Assembly: GCA_009995545.1 (NCBI GenBank)
Contig: JAACPI010000003.1
Span: 5,781-69,780 of the forward strand
Direction of reading: 5' to 3'
Length of the DNA stretch: 64,000 nt
Source: a bacterium
GTDB lineage: Bacteria > Patescibacteriota > WWE3 > 2-01-FULL-39-13 > JAACPI01
Below the pieces are notes generated by a model, which worked only from the letters and a program-made list of their open reading frames with translations, did not search any database and was not told the DNA's origin. The first letter of the stretch is position 1. Each line of letters begins with the position of its first letter. This document shows positions 36,798 through 47,787 of this stretch, in pieces. A program made the position numbers and the translations under genes.

Positions 36798-38105
36798 TTA
36801 GGATTGTAAAAGAGATATAGTTTCTTCTAGATTTATAGTTTTTTGTTCACCTGATTCCATATTTTTAATCGTAACTAAACCACTTTTAATCTCGTCCTCA
36901 CCCAATATAACCACATAAGGGATTTTAGACTTATTAGCGTAGTCCAATTGTTTATTTAAAGATAAATTTTTACCTAAATAAACTTGGGAGTTTATATTTT
37001 CTTTTCTAAGCTTAGTTAAAATTTCCGCTGACAGAGAATTAAATTCTTCGGATAAGGCACAAACAAGTACCCTAGTAGAAACTGCAGATACTTCCGGTAA
37101 AGTACCTAGTTCCAAAAGAACCTCAAAAAGACGTGTTAGTCCTATAGACATGCCCACGCCAGGCAACCTTTGATTACTATAGTAGTTAACCAAGTCATCG
37201 TATCTACCACCGCTAGCAATACTTCCATAGTTTACAGCGATATCAATAAAAGTTTCGAAAACAGAGGAAGTATAGTAATCTAACCCCCTAACAACCGATA
37301 AATCTATTTCTAAATAATCAGGATCTATACCCATTGAGATTAATAAATTATAAAGACTTTGTAGCTCAGTAGCGCCTTCACTGCCTTCTAAAGAACATTC
37401 TTTTATAATTGACTCTATTTTCATAAAGTCACCTTTTAATGTAAAAGTATCTAATATTTTTAAGGACTTTTCTCTGTCTTTAACTAAAGTATTTAGTTGT
37501 TCTATAGCGGAGCTTTTTCCTATTTTTGACAGTTTATCTATTATTCTTAAAATTTCAGTAGACTGCTCCCCTACCTCTAAAAAACTAAGAATTTCCTTTA
37601 CCAACTTTCTATTATTTATACTAATTGTAAATTTAGGGATATTCAGGCTCTTTAAAGCAGAATAAACAGCAAAAACAGAATCAGCATCTGCAACAACACT
37701 AGTATTTCCTAAAATATCTACGTCACATTGGTAAAATTCCCTAGACCTACCTTTTTGTGCTTTTTCGGCTCGCCATACTTTTTGAATTTGATATCTCTTA
37801 AAGGGGAAAGTGAGCTGACTGTAGTTTTGAGATACATATCTAGCAAGAGGAACAGTCAAGTCATACCTAAGGGTTAGGTTATTCTTACCTTTTGTAAAAC
37901 TATAAACCTGTTTTTCAGTCTCACCACCACCCTTAGCCAGAAGCACTTCAGTAAGTTCTAGATTACTGGTTTCAAGTGGGATATAGCCCAAACTTTCGTA
38001 TGTACTAGAAATTTGACGTTTAAATTTTTCAAAAATAACCTGATGACTGGGAAGAAGTTCTTTAAAACCACTAGGAAGCCTAGGGATGACTTTTTTAATA
38101 CTCAT
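36798..38105 (-). CDS. hisS: Histidine--tRNA ligase
   Basis: LRYDLTVPLAR, WRAE, REFYQCDVD, RGLDYYT, GGRYD. Confidence 0.96.
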   Translation of the reverse strand: MSIKKVIPRLPSGFKELLPSHQVIFEKFKRQISSTYESLGYIPLETSNLELTEVLLAKGGGETEKQVYSFTKGKNNLTLRYDLTVPLARYVSQNYSQLTFPFKRYQIQKVWRAEKAQKGRSREFYQCDVDILGNTSVVADADSVFAVYSALKSLNIPKFTISINNRKLVKEILSFLEVGEQSTEILRIIDKLSKIGKSSAIEQLNTLVKDREKSLKILDTFTLKGDFMKIESIIKECSLEGSEGATELQSLYNLLISMGIDPDYLEIDLSVVRGLDYYTSSVFETFIDIAVNYGSIASGGRYDDLVNYYSNQRLPGVGMSIGLTRLFEVLLELGTLPEVSAVSTRVLVCALSEEFNSLSAEILTKLRKENINSQVYLGKNLSLNKQLDYANKSKIPYVVILGEDEIKSGLVTIKNMESGEQKTINLEETISLLQS

Positions 38106-38132
38106 ATGTACATTTTAACAGACTAAAAAGTT

Positions 38133-38405
38133 TTAGTAACTAATGGTTGTTTTTACGCCCTGAATATAAGAAATGACTTCGGAAATAAATTCTCCTATGA
38201 AAGGAACCCACTCAAAAAAAGATAAAATGTATACTGACAAGGCTAAAAATACAGAAACACCTACAAGAGTTCCTAATCCTCGAGCGACACCCATAGTAAA
38301 GTTTACCCAAAACAGTTTTGAGGGATGCTGATACAGTTGAACTAGTCTCAGTTGTCTGATAAGTCTTAATTCTTTTAATAAAGGTTTAGTATCGTCGGCA
38401 GACAT
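38133..38405 (-). CDS. DUF5665-like small membrane protein
   Basis: NFTMGVARGLGTLVG...PFIGEF. Confidence 0.7.
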   Translation of the reverse strand: MSADDTKPLLKELRLIRQLRLVQLYQHPSKLFWVNFTMGVARGLGTLVGVSVFLALSVYILSFFEWVPFIGEFISEVISYIQGVKTTISY

Positions 38406-38430
38406 TAAAATAAGAATACCTTATTATAGT

Positions 38431-38760
38431 TTACTCGACAACAAGTGTATTACTGCCACTATGTATTAAGTCTAAAAATAAATTCACATGTTCTAACACC
38501 GTTGGATCATACGAATTTAAATAAGTGGCCTTGAAAATAAACAGCTCTTTAAAGGAAACGTACTCACCGTCTATTTTAGTAACGAACTCTAAGAGCACCT
38601 GATCTACAGATAAACCACTACTTAAAAGAGCTGTGTATCTATAGTTAATATGCTTAGGGGTATCATCAAGATCAGTAATATAGTGAATTTTGGAGGCTTT
38701 TTTCTCTTTTATTAAAGAGATCTTACCGATATCTAATTTTTTCTTAATTTCCTCAAGCAT
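38431..38760 (-). CDS. Hypothetical protein
   Basis: ORF with TATAAT-6 nt-ATG at 38760. Confidence 0.55.
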   Translation of the reverse strand: MLEEIKKKLDIGKISLIKEKKASKIHYITDLDDTPKHINYRYTALLSSGLSVDQVLLEFVTKIDGEYVSFKELFIFKATYLNSYDPTVLEHVNLFLDLIHSGSNTLVVE

Positions 38761-38784
38761 CGAATTATTATACACTATAGGTTG

Positions 38785-39297
38785 CTATTTAACAATAATT
38801 TGCCTATATTTTAAGAAATAACCTGCGATAGCCCCCGATATGGCCACGTTCATCGATTTATTAGAACCGAACATAGGGATAAAAAAAGTTGAAAGGCTTA
38901 TGGTTAAATAGGCATCTTCGATGCCGCTAACCTCATTACCTAAAACTAAGACAAACGAATCCGTTTTTATTGAAGAATCAAAAATACTTTTACAACCAAC
39001 CACACCCTCCTCTAAACAGTATAAATCCAGTTTTTTTTCAAGGGTAAATCTAATTGCTTCTTCTGGTTTTACAAAATACTCCCAATTAACTGTATCCAAT
39101 GTTTTAACTGCTGTTTTTCTAAGTTTTTTTTCGACACTTTTAATTTCATAAGGCAATCTAGCATCTTTGAAAACCTTTGGATGCGGAGTAATTCCTTGAA
39201 CCAAAACTCCCCAACCAAGGCTATCTGCAATCCTGAAAATAGATCCTACATTTTCAATAGATCTAATATTATTTAATAGAAAATAATTTGAAGGCAT
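38785..39297 (-). CDS. SPOUT (TrmH/SpoU family) RNA methyltransferase
   Basis: NIRSIENVGSIFR, LGNEVSG, IPMFGSNKSMNVA. Confidence 0.88.
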   Translation of the reverse strand: MPSNYFLLNNIRSIENVGSIFRIADSLGWGVLVQGITPHPKVFKDARLPYEIKSVEKKLRKTAVKTLDTVNWEYFVKPEEAIRFTLEKKLDLYCLEEGVVGCKSIFDSSIKTDSFVLVLGNEVSGIEDAYLTISLSTFFIPMFGSNKSMNVAISGAIAGYFLKYRQIIVK

Positions 39298-39328
39298 ATT
39301 CCTTGAAAATTTAGTTAAAAACTTGGTG

Positions 39329-40753
39329 TTAAAAAATAACCTGAGAATCCGACTTTTCCCAGGTAGACAGGTCATTCAGTATTTCCCAAGGATAAAACGA
39401 TTTAATATCGGGCGAACTTTTCAGTTTGGCTGAGTAAAAAAAGGTTTGTGCGGGATGTACGATAAACGTAGCTAAAGACTCTTCAGAAAATACGCTTTGA
39501 AATATATCATAATGTTTCTGTCTCTCCTCAATTCCTACAGCATCTCTGCCTTCTTCTAAGGATTTGTCTGTTCTTACCGACGAGTAGTTAGAAAAATTCA
39601 ATCCCTGTTTATTTTGGCTGCTGTGCCAAAAAACATACCTATCAGGATCTAATCCGTATTCCTGAGCAATTAAAACCAAGTCATAATCGATATCTCTTAT
39701 ATGCTCCACGTAATTTTCCTTATCTAAAGATATAGTTTTAATCTGCCCAACTTCTCTATCTTTAAACTGTTTTGTTATATTATCAGCAATTAACTTTGCT
39801 TCACGAACCTTTGGGATAACCAAAACCAATTCGTTGCTTATAGAAAAATTAAAATTGGGGTCATAACTAATCTGCTCAAAACTATCAGAGTCTGCCCAGG
39901 TACCTGAAAGAGGTCCATGGGGACGTACTCCACTTGGGTACTCCTGATAATCAAGTAACTCAGTATAATCTATGGATTTAGCAAGACTACGTCTGTTTTC
40001 TTGATTTAAATATTCCTTATCAGTATTAAATACTAAAAGGTATGACCTACTAAAGAAAATATTGTCTACAGTCTTAAAACCTTCAATAGGATCATCCCTG
40101 TTTGAAATAATGCTATCTACCTCTCTTAATTTTAGGCCTATGAGTAGAGATTCCTCGTTATCGTAAAACTTTATAGATAATTTTTTGAAATTCGGGGATT
40201 TTTCCCTATTTATTAAAACAACTTCTTTAACCTTAGATCTCTCTTTTTTCACCCTTATAATTTGGTATTTAGAGCTACCCAGAGGCAGAAAATCGTTTTC
40301 TTTACCACGCATATGCGCGGGAAGAAGCTTTAAAGACAAAACGCTGGGGAAAGCGCTATACTTATTTGGAAGAATAAAACGTACCTTGTAGTTATTTATT
40401 TTGTCCGAAGAAACCTCAGAGAGATTTTTAGAAATTGACGCGGTGTACAAGATATCGTCAGCTGTTATTTCGACACCATCCTGCCAAAACTGATTTTCTT
40501 TTAGGGTAACTTCGTAAACTAAACCATCTTCAATTACAGTATAACTATCCAGTAAATCTAACGTCTCCTCACCTGTAGCAGGGTTTAGGTAAAGAAGCTT
40601 GCGATAAATAAGTTCTGAAACTAATTTTTCCGAATCATTTGAAACTTTATCTGCTAAAAAAGTATTGGGCTGTCCTTGAACACCGTGACTCCAAGAAGAC
40701 ACAGGTAAAAAAGAAACAATAAAATAAAGAACGTAGTATAAAAAAGAAATCAT
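39329..40753 (-). CDS. ABC transporter substrate-binding protein, family 5 (peptide-type)
   Basis: FWQDGVEITADDI, FNTD, DPD...WHSSQ...LNFSNY. Confidence 0.85.
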   Translation of the reverse strand: MISFLYYVLYFIVSFLPVSSWSHGVQGQPNTFLADKVSNDSEKLVSELIYRKLLYLNPATGEETLDLLDSYTVIEDGLVYEVTLKENQFWQDGVEITADDILYTASISKNLSEVSSDKINNYKVRFILPNKYSAFPSVLSLKLLPAHMRGKENDFLPLGSSKYQIIRVKKERSKVKEVVLINREKSPNFKKLSIKFYDNEESLLIGLKLREVDSIISNRDDPIEGFKTVDNIFFSRSYLLVFNTDKEYLNQENRRSLAKSIDYTELLDYQEYPSGVRPHGPLSGTWADSDSFEQISYDPNFNFSISNELVLVIPKVREAKLIADNITKQFKDREVGQIKTISLDKENYVEHIRDIDYDLVLIAQEYGLDPDRYVFWHSSQNKQGLNFSNYSSVRTDKSLEEGRDAVGIEERQKHYDIFQSVFSEESLATFIVHPAQTFFYSAKLKSSPDIKSFYPWEILNDLSTWEKSDSQVIF

Positions 40754-40759
40754 TTAAGG

Positions 40760-40978
40760 TTAAATTCCCAAAACCCTATATAGGCCTAGTAAACAAAAGA
40801 TAATTACACATACAATGGTTAATTGATGTAAAAATTTTTCGCTGCCACGTCTAGTAGATTGAAAGGATCCGCCGCCGAAGAGAGTGGAAAAACCGCTACT
40901 ACGACCTTGTAAAATAATTAAGATTACTATTAAAATCGACACTAGAAAGTGAAAAAAAACTACTATATTTTGAATCAT
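40760..40978 (-). CDS. secG: Preprotein translocase subunit SecG
   Basis: ILQGRSSG...FGGG...RRGSEKFL with two TMs. Confidence 0.9.
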   Translation of the reverse strand: MIQNIVVFFHFLVSILIVILIILQGRSSGFSTLFGGGSFQSTRRGSEKFLHQLTIVCVIIFCLLGLYRVLGI

Positions 40979-40981
40979 AAT

Positions 40982-41395
40982 TTAAGAGTCTTTTCTTTTA
41001 AAAACCCAGGTAAAAACTCGAGTTAATACTACCACAAAGAGTGCAGATACAACATAATTCAAAGGAAAGCCAATTAAATACTTAGGAAATATTATAAAAT
41101 TAGTAGCTAATCCAGGAAACTCCCAAGGAATTACTTTTAATCCAGTAATTAACTCCGTTGTAACATAAAAAACAAGCACAGCCGCTACCCACCTTAGTAA
41201 ACCAAAAGTGATCATATTAACTGGAATTAACACCAATTTAAGTACAGGCTTTAAAAATTTATTTAAAACTGTTAAGGCTAAAGCGGCTAAAAGTACGTCC
41301 TCAAAACCGCCTTCTAATATTACGGTGGGAAAATACTGCCAGGCTACAATAAAAGATAAAACGTTAATTAAAAAGGCACGGAGTAATACTTTCAT
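40982..41395 (-). CDS. YvlD-like 4-TM membrane protein (phage holin family 4)
   Basis: LNKFLKPVLKLVLIPVNMITFGL motif. Confidence 0.85.
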   Translation of the reverse strand: MKVLLRAFLINVLSFIVAWQYFPTVILEGGFEDVLLAALALTVLNKFLKPVLKLVLIPVNMITFGLLRWVAAVLVFYVTTELITGLKVIPWEFPGLATNFIIFPKYLIGFPLNYVVSALFVVVLTRVFTWVFKRKDS

Positions 41396-41439
41396 TTGTA
41401 TATAATAACGTAATCCTACGTTCTGTTGAATAGGGTAAA

Positions 41440-42810
41440 TTAAACTTTAATAGAGGAACTTCTAAGTTTTCGATTATAGCTCAAACCAAAACGATGAACC
41501 TCATTACGACCTTTTATTAAAATCTGTAAAGCCGGGTCACTTTTTGGCAGTTCAATTGATCTGTAATTGCTTCTAGAGCTTACATCCAAACTTCTTAGGG
41601 GTTTTAAAAATATTGTTTCGTCTTTTTTTGCCAAAGAAATAGTAGGTATCTTGTGTTTTTCAACTATATTTAATGCCTTTGACAGTTGGCCCTTACCCCC
41701 ATCTATCACTATTAAATCGGGTTTACCCCAGTCAGAAAAGTGCCGCACCCTTCTTTTTAATATTTCTTCCATAGCCCCAAAGTCATTTTGTTTGCTTTGA
41801 TGCTTTATCCTAAACCTCCTATAAAGGCTTTTATTAAAATCCTCACCTTCTAAGGTTATAAATGATCCCACTATATAGCTGTCCGCTAAATTTGAAATAT
41901 CGTAGAATTCAATTTTAAATTTTTTAAGTTTTTTAACAGAATCTTTTAGATAGAGATCATAAGTAGGAAAATAAAAAGATAGAATTTTAATAAGCTTTAA
42001 CAAGTTGCTCCCTGCCTTCTCTAAATCTCCTATGCCCTCAAGTAATTCTTCACCAGACTTGTAGGATTGAGATAAGTATTTATAGGTATTTAAACTATCT
42101 CTATATTTTGCAGCTTTTTCGAAGTCTAGGTCGCTAGAAGACCTAAGCATTTCCTTTTGTAAATCCTTTATAACTTTTTGATAACTTCCGTTTAAAAACT
42201 CTTTAATCTTAAGTATATTTAACTCATTTACCTTTATAGCACTGGGATCTACACAGGGAGCAGGGCAAAGACCCAGTTTTCCGTATAAGCAACTTCGACC
42301 CAATTTATGATATGTACCAAATTTATTGTCAGAGCAGTTTCGGTAAGGAAATAGCTTTCTTATATCCCTAAGAACTGTATTTACAGCATTTCCATCTGGA
42401 TAAGGGCCAAAGTAGGACCCTTTTTGATCTTTTTTTCTACTAGTTTCTATCTTATAGGTACCATTCTTACTTTTAGTAATCTTAATAAATTTGTAAAACT
42501 TATCGTCTTTTAAGTTTTTATTGTAAGCTGGTTGGTACTGCTTAATTAAGTTTGCTTCTAAAACTAAAGCCTCTACCTCTGTGGATACTTCATAAAACTT
42601 AATTTTATTAGCACTAGACACTAATTTTTTAGTTTTGGGGTATTTATCTAAGACACTTAGATCCACATACGATCTTAATCTGCTTTTTAGTTTATTGGCC
42701 TTGCCTACGTATAATACTTTACCAAACTCATTGTAAAAAGAGTAAACTCCGGGAGTTTGGGGTACTTTTTCAATCTGCTTTTTAAGTAGTTCTATTTTTT
42801 CGATCAGCAT
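41440..42810 (-). CDS. uvrC: Excinuclease ABC subunit C (no C-terminal HhH domain)
   Basis: GIY-YIG (PGVY, YVGKA), C...C...CPAPC, FEKAAKYRD, DISN, PDLIVIDGGKGQL, RNEVHRF. Confidence 0.92.
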   Translation of the reverse strand: MLIEKIELLKKQIEKVPQTPGVYSFYNEFGKVLYVGKANKLKSRLRSYVDLSVLDKYPKTKKLVSSANKIKFYEVSTEVEALVLEANLIKQYQPAYNKNLKDDKFYKFIKITKSKNGTYKIETSRKKDQKGSYFGPYPDGNAVNTVLRDIRKLFPYRNCSDNKFGTYHKLGRSCLYGKLGLCPAPCVDPSAIKVNELNILKIKEFLNGSYQKVIKDLQKEMLRSSSDLDFEKAAKYRDSLNTYKYLSQSYKSGEELLEGIGDLEKAGSNLLKLIKILSFYFPTYDLYLKDSVKKLKKFKIEFYDISNLADSYIVGSFITLEGEDFNKSLYRRFRIKHQSKQNDFGAMEEILKRRVRHFSDWGKPDLIVIDGGKGQLSKALNIVEKHKIPTISLAKKDETIFLKPLRSLDVSSRSNYRSIELPKSDPALQILIKGRNEVHRFGLSYNRKLRSSSIKV

Positions 42811-42826
42811 CGAGTAAAATTATAAC

Positions 42827-44503
42827 ATGTTATATATTAGGCTTATCGCTATATTGTTAGGTTTTATGGCGTGTCACAACCCCTACGTTAATGCTAAATC
42901 AAATTACAGCACAGAACACGAAGTTGAATACTACTTAGGCATAGATAGAACCTATATAACCCACAAACTAAAAATAAATATTAATGATAAATACAAAGGT
43001 TTAGAAAGCTTAACCTTTATAGAACCTACAGAAGATATCTTAAATCTAAAACTAGAAAAAAATAACCTGGGTGCAGAGATCGAAGAAGAAAATGGCAAAA
43101 TATTTATAAACTTTAGAAATCTTTTGGTTGGGCCTAAAACCGAAACTATACAATTTAACTACAGTTCCGATACGATTTTTAGAAAAATTGGTAAAACATA
43201 CGTATTGGACATACCCAAGGTAAAAGAATCAGAATCAATAGATAGCTTTAACCTAAAAGTATATTTTCCAAAATCTACAGGGCAGTTACAAAGTTTTATC
43301 AACAATTTAAAAAATGATGATAAGGGGGCTTATCTCGTATTTAATAAAGAAGAGCTTATGGGTTTTGGGGAAACAATAATATTTGGTAACGAAGAGTACT
43401 ACGTTATGAAAGTAACTAATATTGTATCCCCAGATAAAAATTATATTGTCCTTCCTACAACCATCACAGACAGGCAAGAAGTATATGTACAGAATATATC
43501 AAAGCCTCCCTACAGGGTTAGTATAGACATGGATAAAAACACCATCTTATATTATAAAGTTAGTTCCCCAGAAAAAATAACTACAGATTATACAGTTAAA
43601 GTATACGGTAATAAGTCAAAAGCGGTAAATAATTTTTATTATACAGATACAAAGGCTATCAAGAACTGGGACTACACAGAAGGATACCCAAAGTACGTAT
43701 TATCCAATCTTAAAGGTAGCGAGAAGTATGGTCAGTTACAGGATATTTTCAGTATCACCAAGGAGACACTTAGCTATAGTAGTGAAAAATCTAACTATGA
43801 TTATATAAACAGAATAGGGGCAGAAAACTTGAATAATAAAAATTTTTCACAATCAGTTTGTTTAGAATACACTGACCTTCTTATAGCATTACTAAGAGGT
43901 GTAAAAATACCTGCAAGGGAAATTAATGGTTATGCACTTAACACTAGCAACACAGAAAAACCCTTACCCCACTCTTGGGTAGAATATTTAGATAAAAACG
44001 GTTATTGGGTGCAAGTAGACCCAACTTGGGCAGACACATCTAACCAAAATTATTTTGATACCTTTGATCTTTACCATATAGGATTTTTAACTAAAGGGGT
44101 GAATTCGGAGTCCCCAAAGCTGGCTGGAAGTCATAAAATTGGAGTATTAGAAGAGGCAGTTGAGTTGAGTATACTTACTGAAATACCTAGAACAGAACAA
44201 GTCGCGGTTAAAAAAGTTGGTCTTGGACCTTTATTAATAGTTAAAAACGATTCCTACAACACAATCTCTTTTACAAACAAACTTTTAAAACCTAAAAGTT
44301 GGGGTTTTTATTTTAATGAAGAACTAAAAACAAGTAACACACTTTTTGACGTAAAGTGGGAAAAGTTAAACTTTAAGGATTTCTTAGGTGATTCGTTATT
44401 TTACTTTGTTCCATTAATAATCTCGCCCTTAGTGTTTTATATTATTCACAAAAAGTTAAAAAAATTATCTAAAAACAAAAATAAAATTAAAAGTATTATT
44501 TAA
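42827..44503 (+). CDS. Exported transglutaminase-like Cys-His-Asp protein with C-terminal TM
   Basis: VCLEYTDL, HSWVE, VDPTW. Confidence 0.85.
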   Translation: MLYIRLIAILLGFMACHNPYVNAKSNYSTEHEVEYYLGIDRTYITHKLKININDKYKGLESLTFIEPTEDILNLKLEKNNLGAEIEEENGKIFINFRNLLVGPKTETIQFNYSSDTIFRKIGKTYVLDIPKVKESESIDSFNLKVYFPKSTGQLQSFINNLKNDDKGAYLVFNKEELMGFGETIIFGNEEYYVMKVTNIVSPDKNYIVLPTTITDRQEVYVQNISKPPYRVSIDMDKNTILYYKVSSPEKITTDYTVKVYGNKSKAVNNFYYTDTKAIKNWDYTEGYPKYVLSNLKGSEKYGQLQDIFSITKETLSYSSEKSNYDYINRIGAENLNNKNFSQSVCLEYTDLLIALLRGVKIPAREINGYALNTSNTEKPLPHSWVEYLDKNGYWVQVDPTWADTSNQNYFDTFDLYHIGFLTKGVNSESPKLAGSHKIGVLEEAVELSILTEIPRTEQVAVKKVGLGPLLIVKNDSYNTISFTNKLLKPKSWGFYFNEELKTSNTLFDVKWEKLNFKDFLGDSLFYFVPLIISPLVFYIIHKKLKKLSKNKNKIKSII

Positions 44504-44512
44504 AAAATTTAC

Positions 44513-47500
44513 TTATAAGTAATAAAGTTCTCTAAGTGCAAAGGCGGTTTTGCTGTCCTTATCTTTTAACAAGTTATCCACCGTACCTTGAAACATTATT
44601 TTACCGCCTTCTTCTCCACCTGCAGGCCCTAAATCAATCACCCAGTCAGCTGATTTAATTACGTCTAGGTTATGTTCAATAACCAAAACAGTATTTCCTC
44701 GTGCAACAAGCTTTTTTAGAATAGAAATAAGTCTTTCTAAGTCTGCAAAGTGCAACCCTGTAGTTGGCTCGTCTAAAATGTAAAATGTGTGTCCTCTAGG
44801 TATTTTACTAAGCTCGGTGGCTAATTTTACCCTTTGCGCTTCTCCACCACTTAAAGTAGGAGCTGGTTGCCCTAACCTAATATAGCCTAAACCTACCTCG
44901 TGTAGAGTTCTAAGTTTTCTTTCAATATTTCTATGATTTTTAAAAAAATCTAGGGCCTCTGTTACTGTCATTTCTAAAACATCTGCAATATTTTTATCTT
45001 TAAAGTAAACATCTAAAACCTCTTCTGTATATCTTTTTCCCTCACAAACCTCACAGTCTACGTAAACATCAGGCATAAACTGCATCTCAATTTTAATTTG
45101 GCCATCTCCCCTACACGCTTCGCACCTTCCACCTTTAACATTAAAAGAAAACCTTCCCTGGTTATAACCTCTAATGCGAGCATCCTTTGTCTGTGCAAAA
45201 ACTTTTCTAATTTCATCAAAGGCTTTAGTGTAGGTTGCAGGGTTGCTTCGAGGAGTTCTCCCTATAGGGCTTTGGTCAATATCTATTATCTTTTTAACAT
45301 CCTCAGCACCTAGTATACCGTCGTTTTCTTGAGGAGCACTGTCGTTTTTTAATCCTAGTTCTTTTCTAAGTTCTTTTAAAAGAGTTTCATTTACTAAGGT
45401 AGATTTCCCGCTTCCGCTTACACCAGTAACACAAACAAACTTACTTAAAGGTATCTCTACATCCACATTTTTTAAATTATGCCCCCTAGCACCTATTACT
45501 TTAATAACCTTACCTTTTCCATACTTCTTAATCTCATCCTTAATATCTTTTAATGTTTGTTTTTCTTCCTTAATTAAAAATTCCTCGGGGTTTATCTTCT
45601 TTTTTCCAGACAAATACTTACCAGTTAAACTATTGGGATTTTGCATTATTTCATCAGGAGTACCTTGTGCTACAACCTGACCTCCAAGTTCACCCGCACC
45701 AGGACCAAAGTCTATTATATAGTCGCTTTCAAGCATTGTTTGAGCATCGTGTTCGACCACCAATACTGTATTACCCAAGGCCTTAAGGTCTTTAAGGGTA
45801 GTAATAAGCCTGTCGTGATCTACAGAATGAAGTCCAATAGAGGGTTCGTCTAAAACGTAAAGTACCCCGGATAAACCACTCCCGATTTGACTAGCAAGTC
45901 TAATTCTTTGAGCCTCTCCCCCAGCTAAAGTGCTGCTGGAGCGGGCCAAAGTTAAATAAGTTAAACCAACACTAACCAAAAAATTTAATCTAGAAGATAC
46001 CTCTTTAGAGATAGACTGGCCAATGTCTTTTTCTCGTTTGCTTAAATTTGGGTCAGCCATTAAATTACTTATCCATTCAAAAGATTGTTTAATAGGCATT
46101 GAGGCTACATCTGCAATGCTTAAACCATTAATTCGTACGTATAAGGCTTCTTGTCTCAATCTAGCACCCTTACAAAGGGGGCACTGCTCTTTCATCATAT
46201 ACTTTTCTACCTCATTTTTTATATAGTCACTGTCGGTTTCGGCATAACGTCTTTCTAGATTAGGTATAATACCTTCCCACCTAAAATCAAAAGTCTTTTT
46301 AACACCTTCTGCAGAAACCCAAGGTGCCTTATATTTTTTTCCTTTTTTATCTTTAATATTGGCCACATTATTTAAAAGCCTTTGAGATATACGTCCTTTA
46401 ATAGAGCCGAAAAGCAAAATGTTTAAATGTTCCTCAGAAAGATCTTTCATGGGGACAGACAAGTTTATTTTTTCATCTTTTGCAACGGCTTCTAACCTTT
46501 TTCTAGTCCAACTACTTTTTTCACCTATGTCTCCTAGGGGGTATATCCCTCCTTCTAATACAGAAAGTACTGGGTTATATATTAGGTCTGTATCAATTTT
46601 TAAAATATTTCCCAACCCGCTACAATTTGGGCAAGCACCAAAGGGAGTATTGAAACTAAAAATTCTAGGCTCCACCTCAGGAAAATCGACCCCGCTCTCG
46701 TCAAATGCAAAATTTTCACTAAAAACGGTATCTTGCATGTCTTTAGGGCTATCCGGGAACTCTGCAGAAGAGTCTAATACCTTACTATAAGTAACTAGAC
46801 CATCACTTAACCTGGTAGAAGTTTCAATACTTTGAAACAAACGTGTTTTAAATTCTTTTAATTTTTCGTCATTTTTTAAAGTTTCTTTACCTATAACTAT
46901 TCGATCAACAACTACCTCGATAGTATGCTTATTTGTTTTTATAAGATTAATATCCTTGGATAAAGAATGGATTAAACCGTCTACTCTAACTTTTGTGTAT
47001 CCCTGCTTTTGTAAATTTTCAAGAAGTTTACTGTATTCACCCTTTCTTCCTCGTACAATTGGAGATAAAACAAGAGCCCAAACTCCTTTTATTTTAATAT
47101 CTCTATCATTTGTTATAAGGTCTAAAACATTATCTGTAATTTCATCTACACTTTGTCTTTTTATTTCTTTTCCTGTTTTTGGATCATAAACTCTACCTAT
47201 ACGGGCAAATAATACCCTTAAATAGTCATATATTTCGGTGACAGTACCCACGGTACTTCTAGGATTTTTGCTGGTTGTTTTTTGGTCAATCGCAATTGCT
47301 GGAGACAAACCCTCAATACTTTCTATTTCGGGTTTATTCATTACCCCTAAAAACTGTCTTGCGTAACTACTTAGGCTTTCTACATATCTTCTTTGCCCCT
47401 CGGCGTAAATGGTATCCATAGCCATACTACTTTTACCACTGCCGCTAACGCCTGTAAAAATTACGAGTTTATTTTTAGGAATATTCAGGTCTACGTTTTT

Positions 47501-47545
47501 TAAGTTATGTTCGCGGGCTCCGCGTACTTTTATTTGATCTTCCAA
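44513..47545 (-). CDS. uvrA: Excinuclease ABC subunit A
   Basis: GAREHNLKN, two GVSGSGKS Walker A motifs, Zn fingers, LSGGEAQR. Confidence 0.97.
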   Translation of the reverse strand: MEDQIKVRGAREHNLKNVDLNIPKNKLVIFTGVSGSGKSSMAMDTIYAEGQRRYVESLSSYARQFLGVMNKPEIESIEGLSPAIAIDQKTTSKNPRSTVGTVTEIYDYLRVLFARIGRVYDPKTGKEIKRQSVDEITDNVLDLITNDRDIKIKGVWALVLSPIVRGRKGEYSKLLENLQKQGYTKVRVDGLIHSLSKDINLIKTNKHTIEVVVDRIVIGKETLKNDEKLKEFKTRLFQSIETSTRLSDGLVTYSKVLDSSAEFPDSPKDMQDTVFSENFAFDESGVDFPEVEPRIFSFNTPFGACPNCSGLGNILKIDTDLIYNPVLSVLEGGIYPLGDIGEKSSWTRKRLEAVAKDEKINLSVPMKDLSEEHLNILLFGSIKGRISQRLLNNVANIKDKKGKKYKAPWVSAEGVKKTFDFRWEGIIPNLERRYAETDSDYIKNEVEKYMMKEQCPLCKGARLRQEALYVRINGLSIADVASMPIKQSFEWISNLMADPNLSKREKDIGQSISKEVSSRLNFLVSVGLTYLTLARSSSTLAGGEAQRIRLASQIGSGLSGVLYVLDEPSIGLHSVDHDRLITTLKDLKALGNTVLVVEHDAQTMLESDYIIDFGPGAGELGGQVVAQGTPDEIMQNPNSLTGKYLSGKKKINPEEFLIKEEKQTLKDIKDEIKKYGKGKVIKVIGARGHNLKNVDVEIPLSKFVCVTGVSGSGKSTLVNETLLKELRKELGLKNDSAPQENDGILGAEDVKKIIDIDQSPIGRTPRSNPATYTKAFDEIRKVFAQTKDARIRGYNQGRFSFNVKGGRCEACRGDGQIKIEMQFMPDVYVDCEVCEGKRYTEEVLDVYFKDKNIADVLEMTVTEALDFFKNHRNIERKLRTLHEVGLGYIRLGQPAPTLSGGEAQRVKLATELSKIPRGHTFYILDEPTTGLHFADLERLISILKKLVARGNTVLVIEHNLDVIKSADWVIDLGPAGGEEGGKIMFQGTVDNLLKDKDSKTAFALRELYYL

Positions 47546-47787
47546 AATTGTGCAAAAGAGCTAATACACTAATGTGCTGAGGTGCTATATAGCAGATCAG
47601 TTGATTAGGTGTAGTTCTTGTTTTTGTACTTAATACAGCAAAAAGAAGTATAACACAAAATCACCTTTCGGGTAAAGTATGGGTTTTAATCGAAAGATAC
47701 TATTGTAGAATCTAAAAAGTCTTAATACCTTGAATTATCAAGCTTTTAATGCTATATTTAGATGCGTCCTAAAAACTAATTAACACT

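Noticed and set aside
40982-41395. Prophage suggested by a phage-holin-family gene
   Set aside because: YvlD-like genes are common chromosomal genes; the neighbours are secG and uvrC, and no phage genes are present
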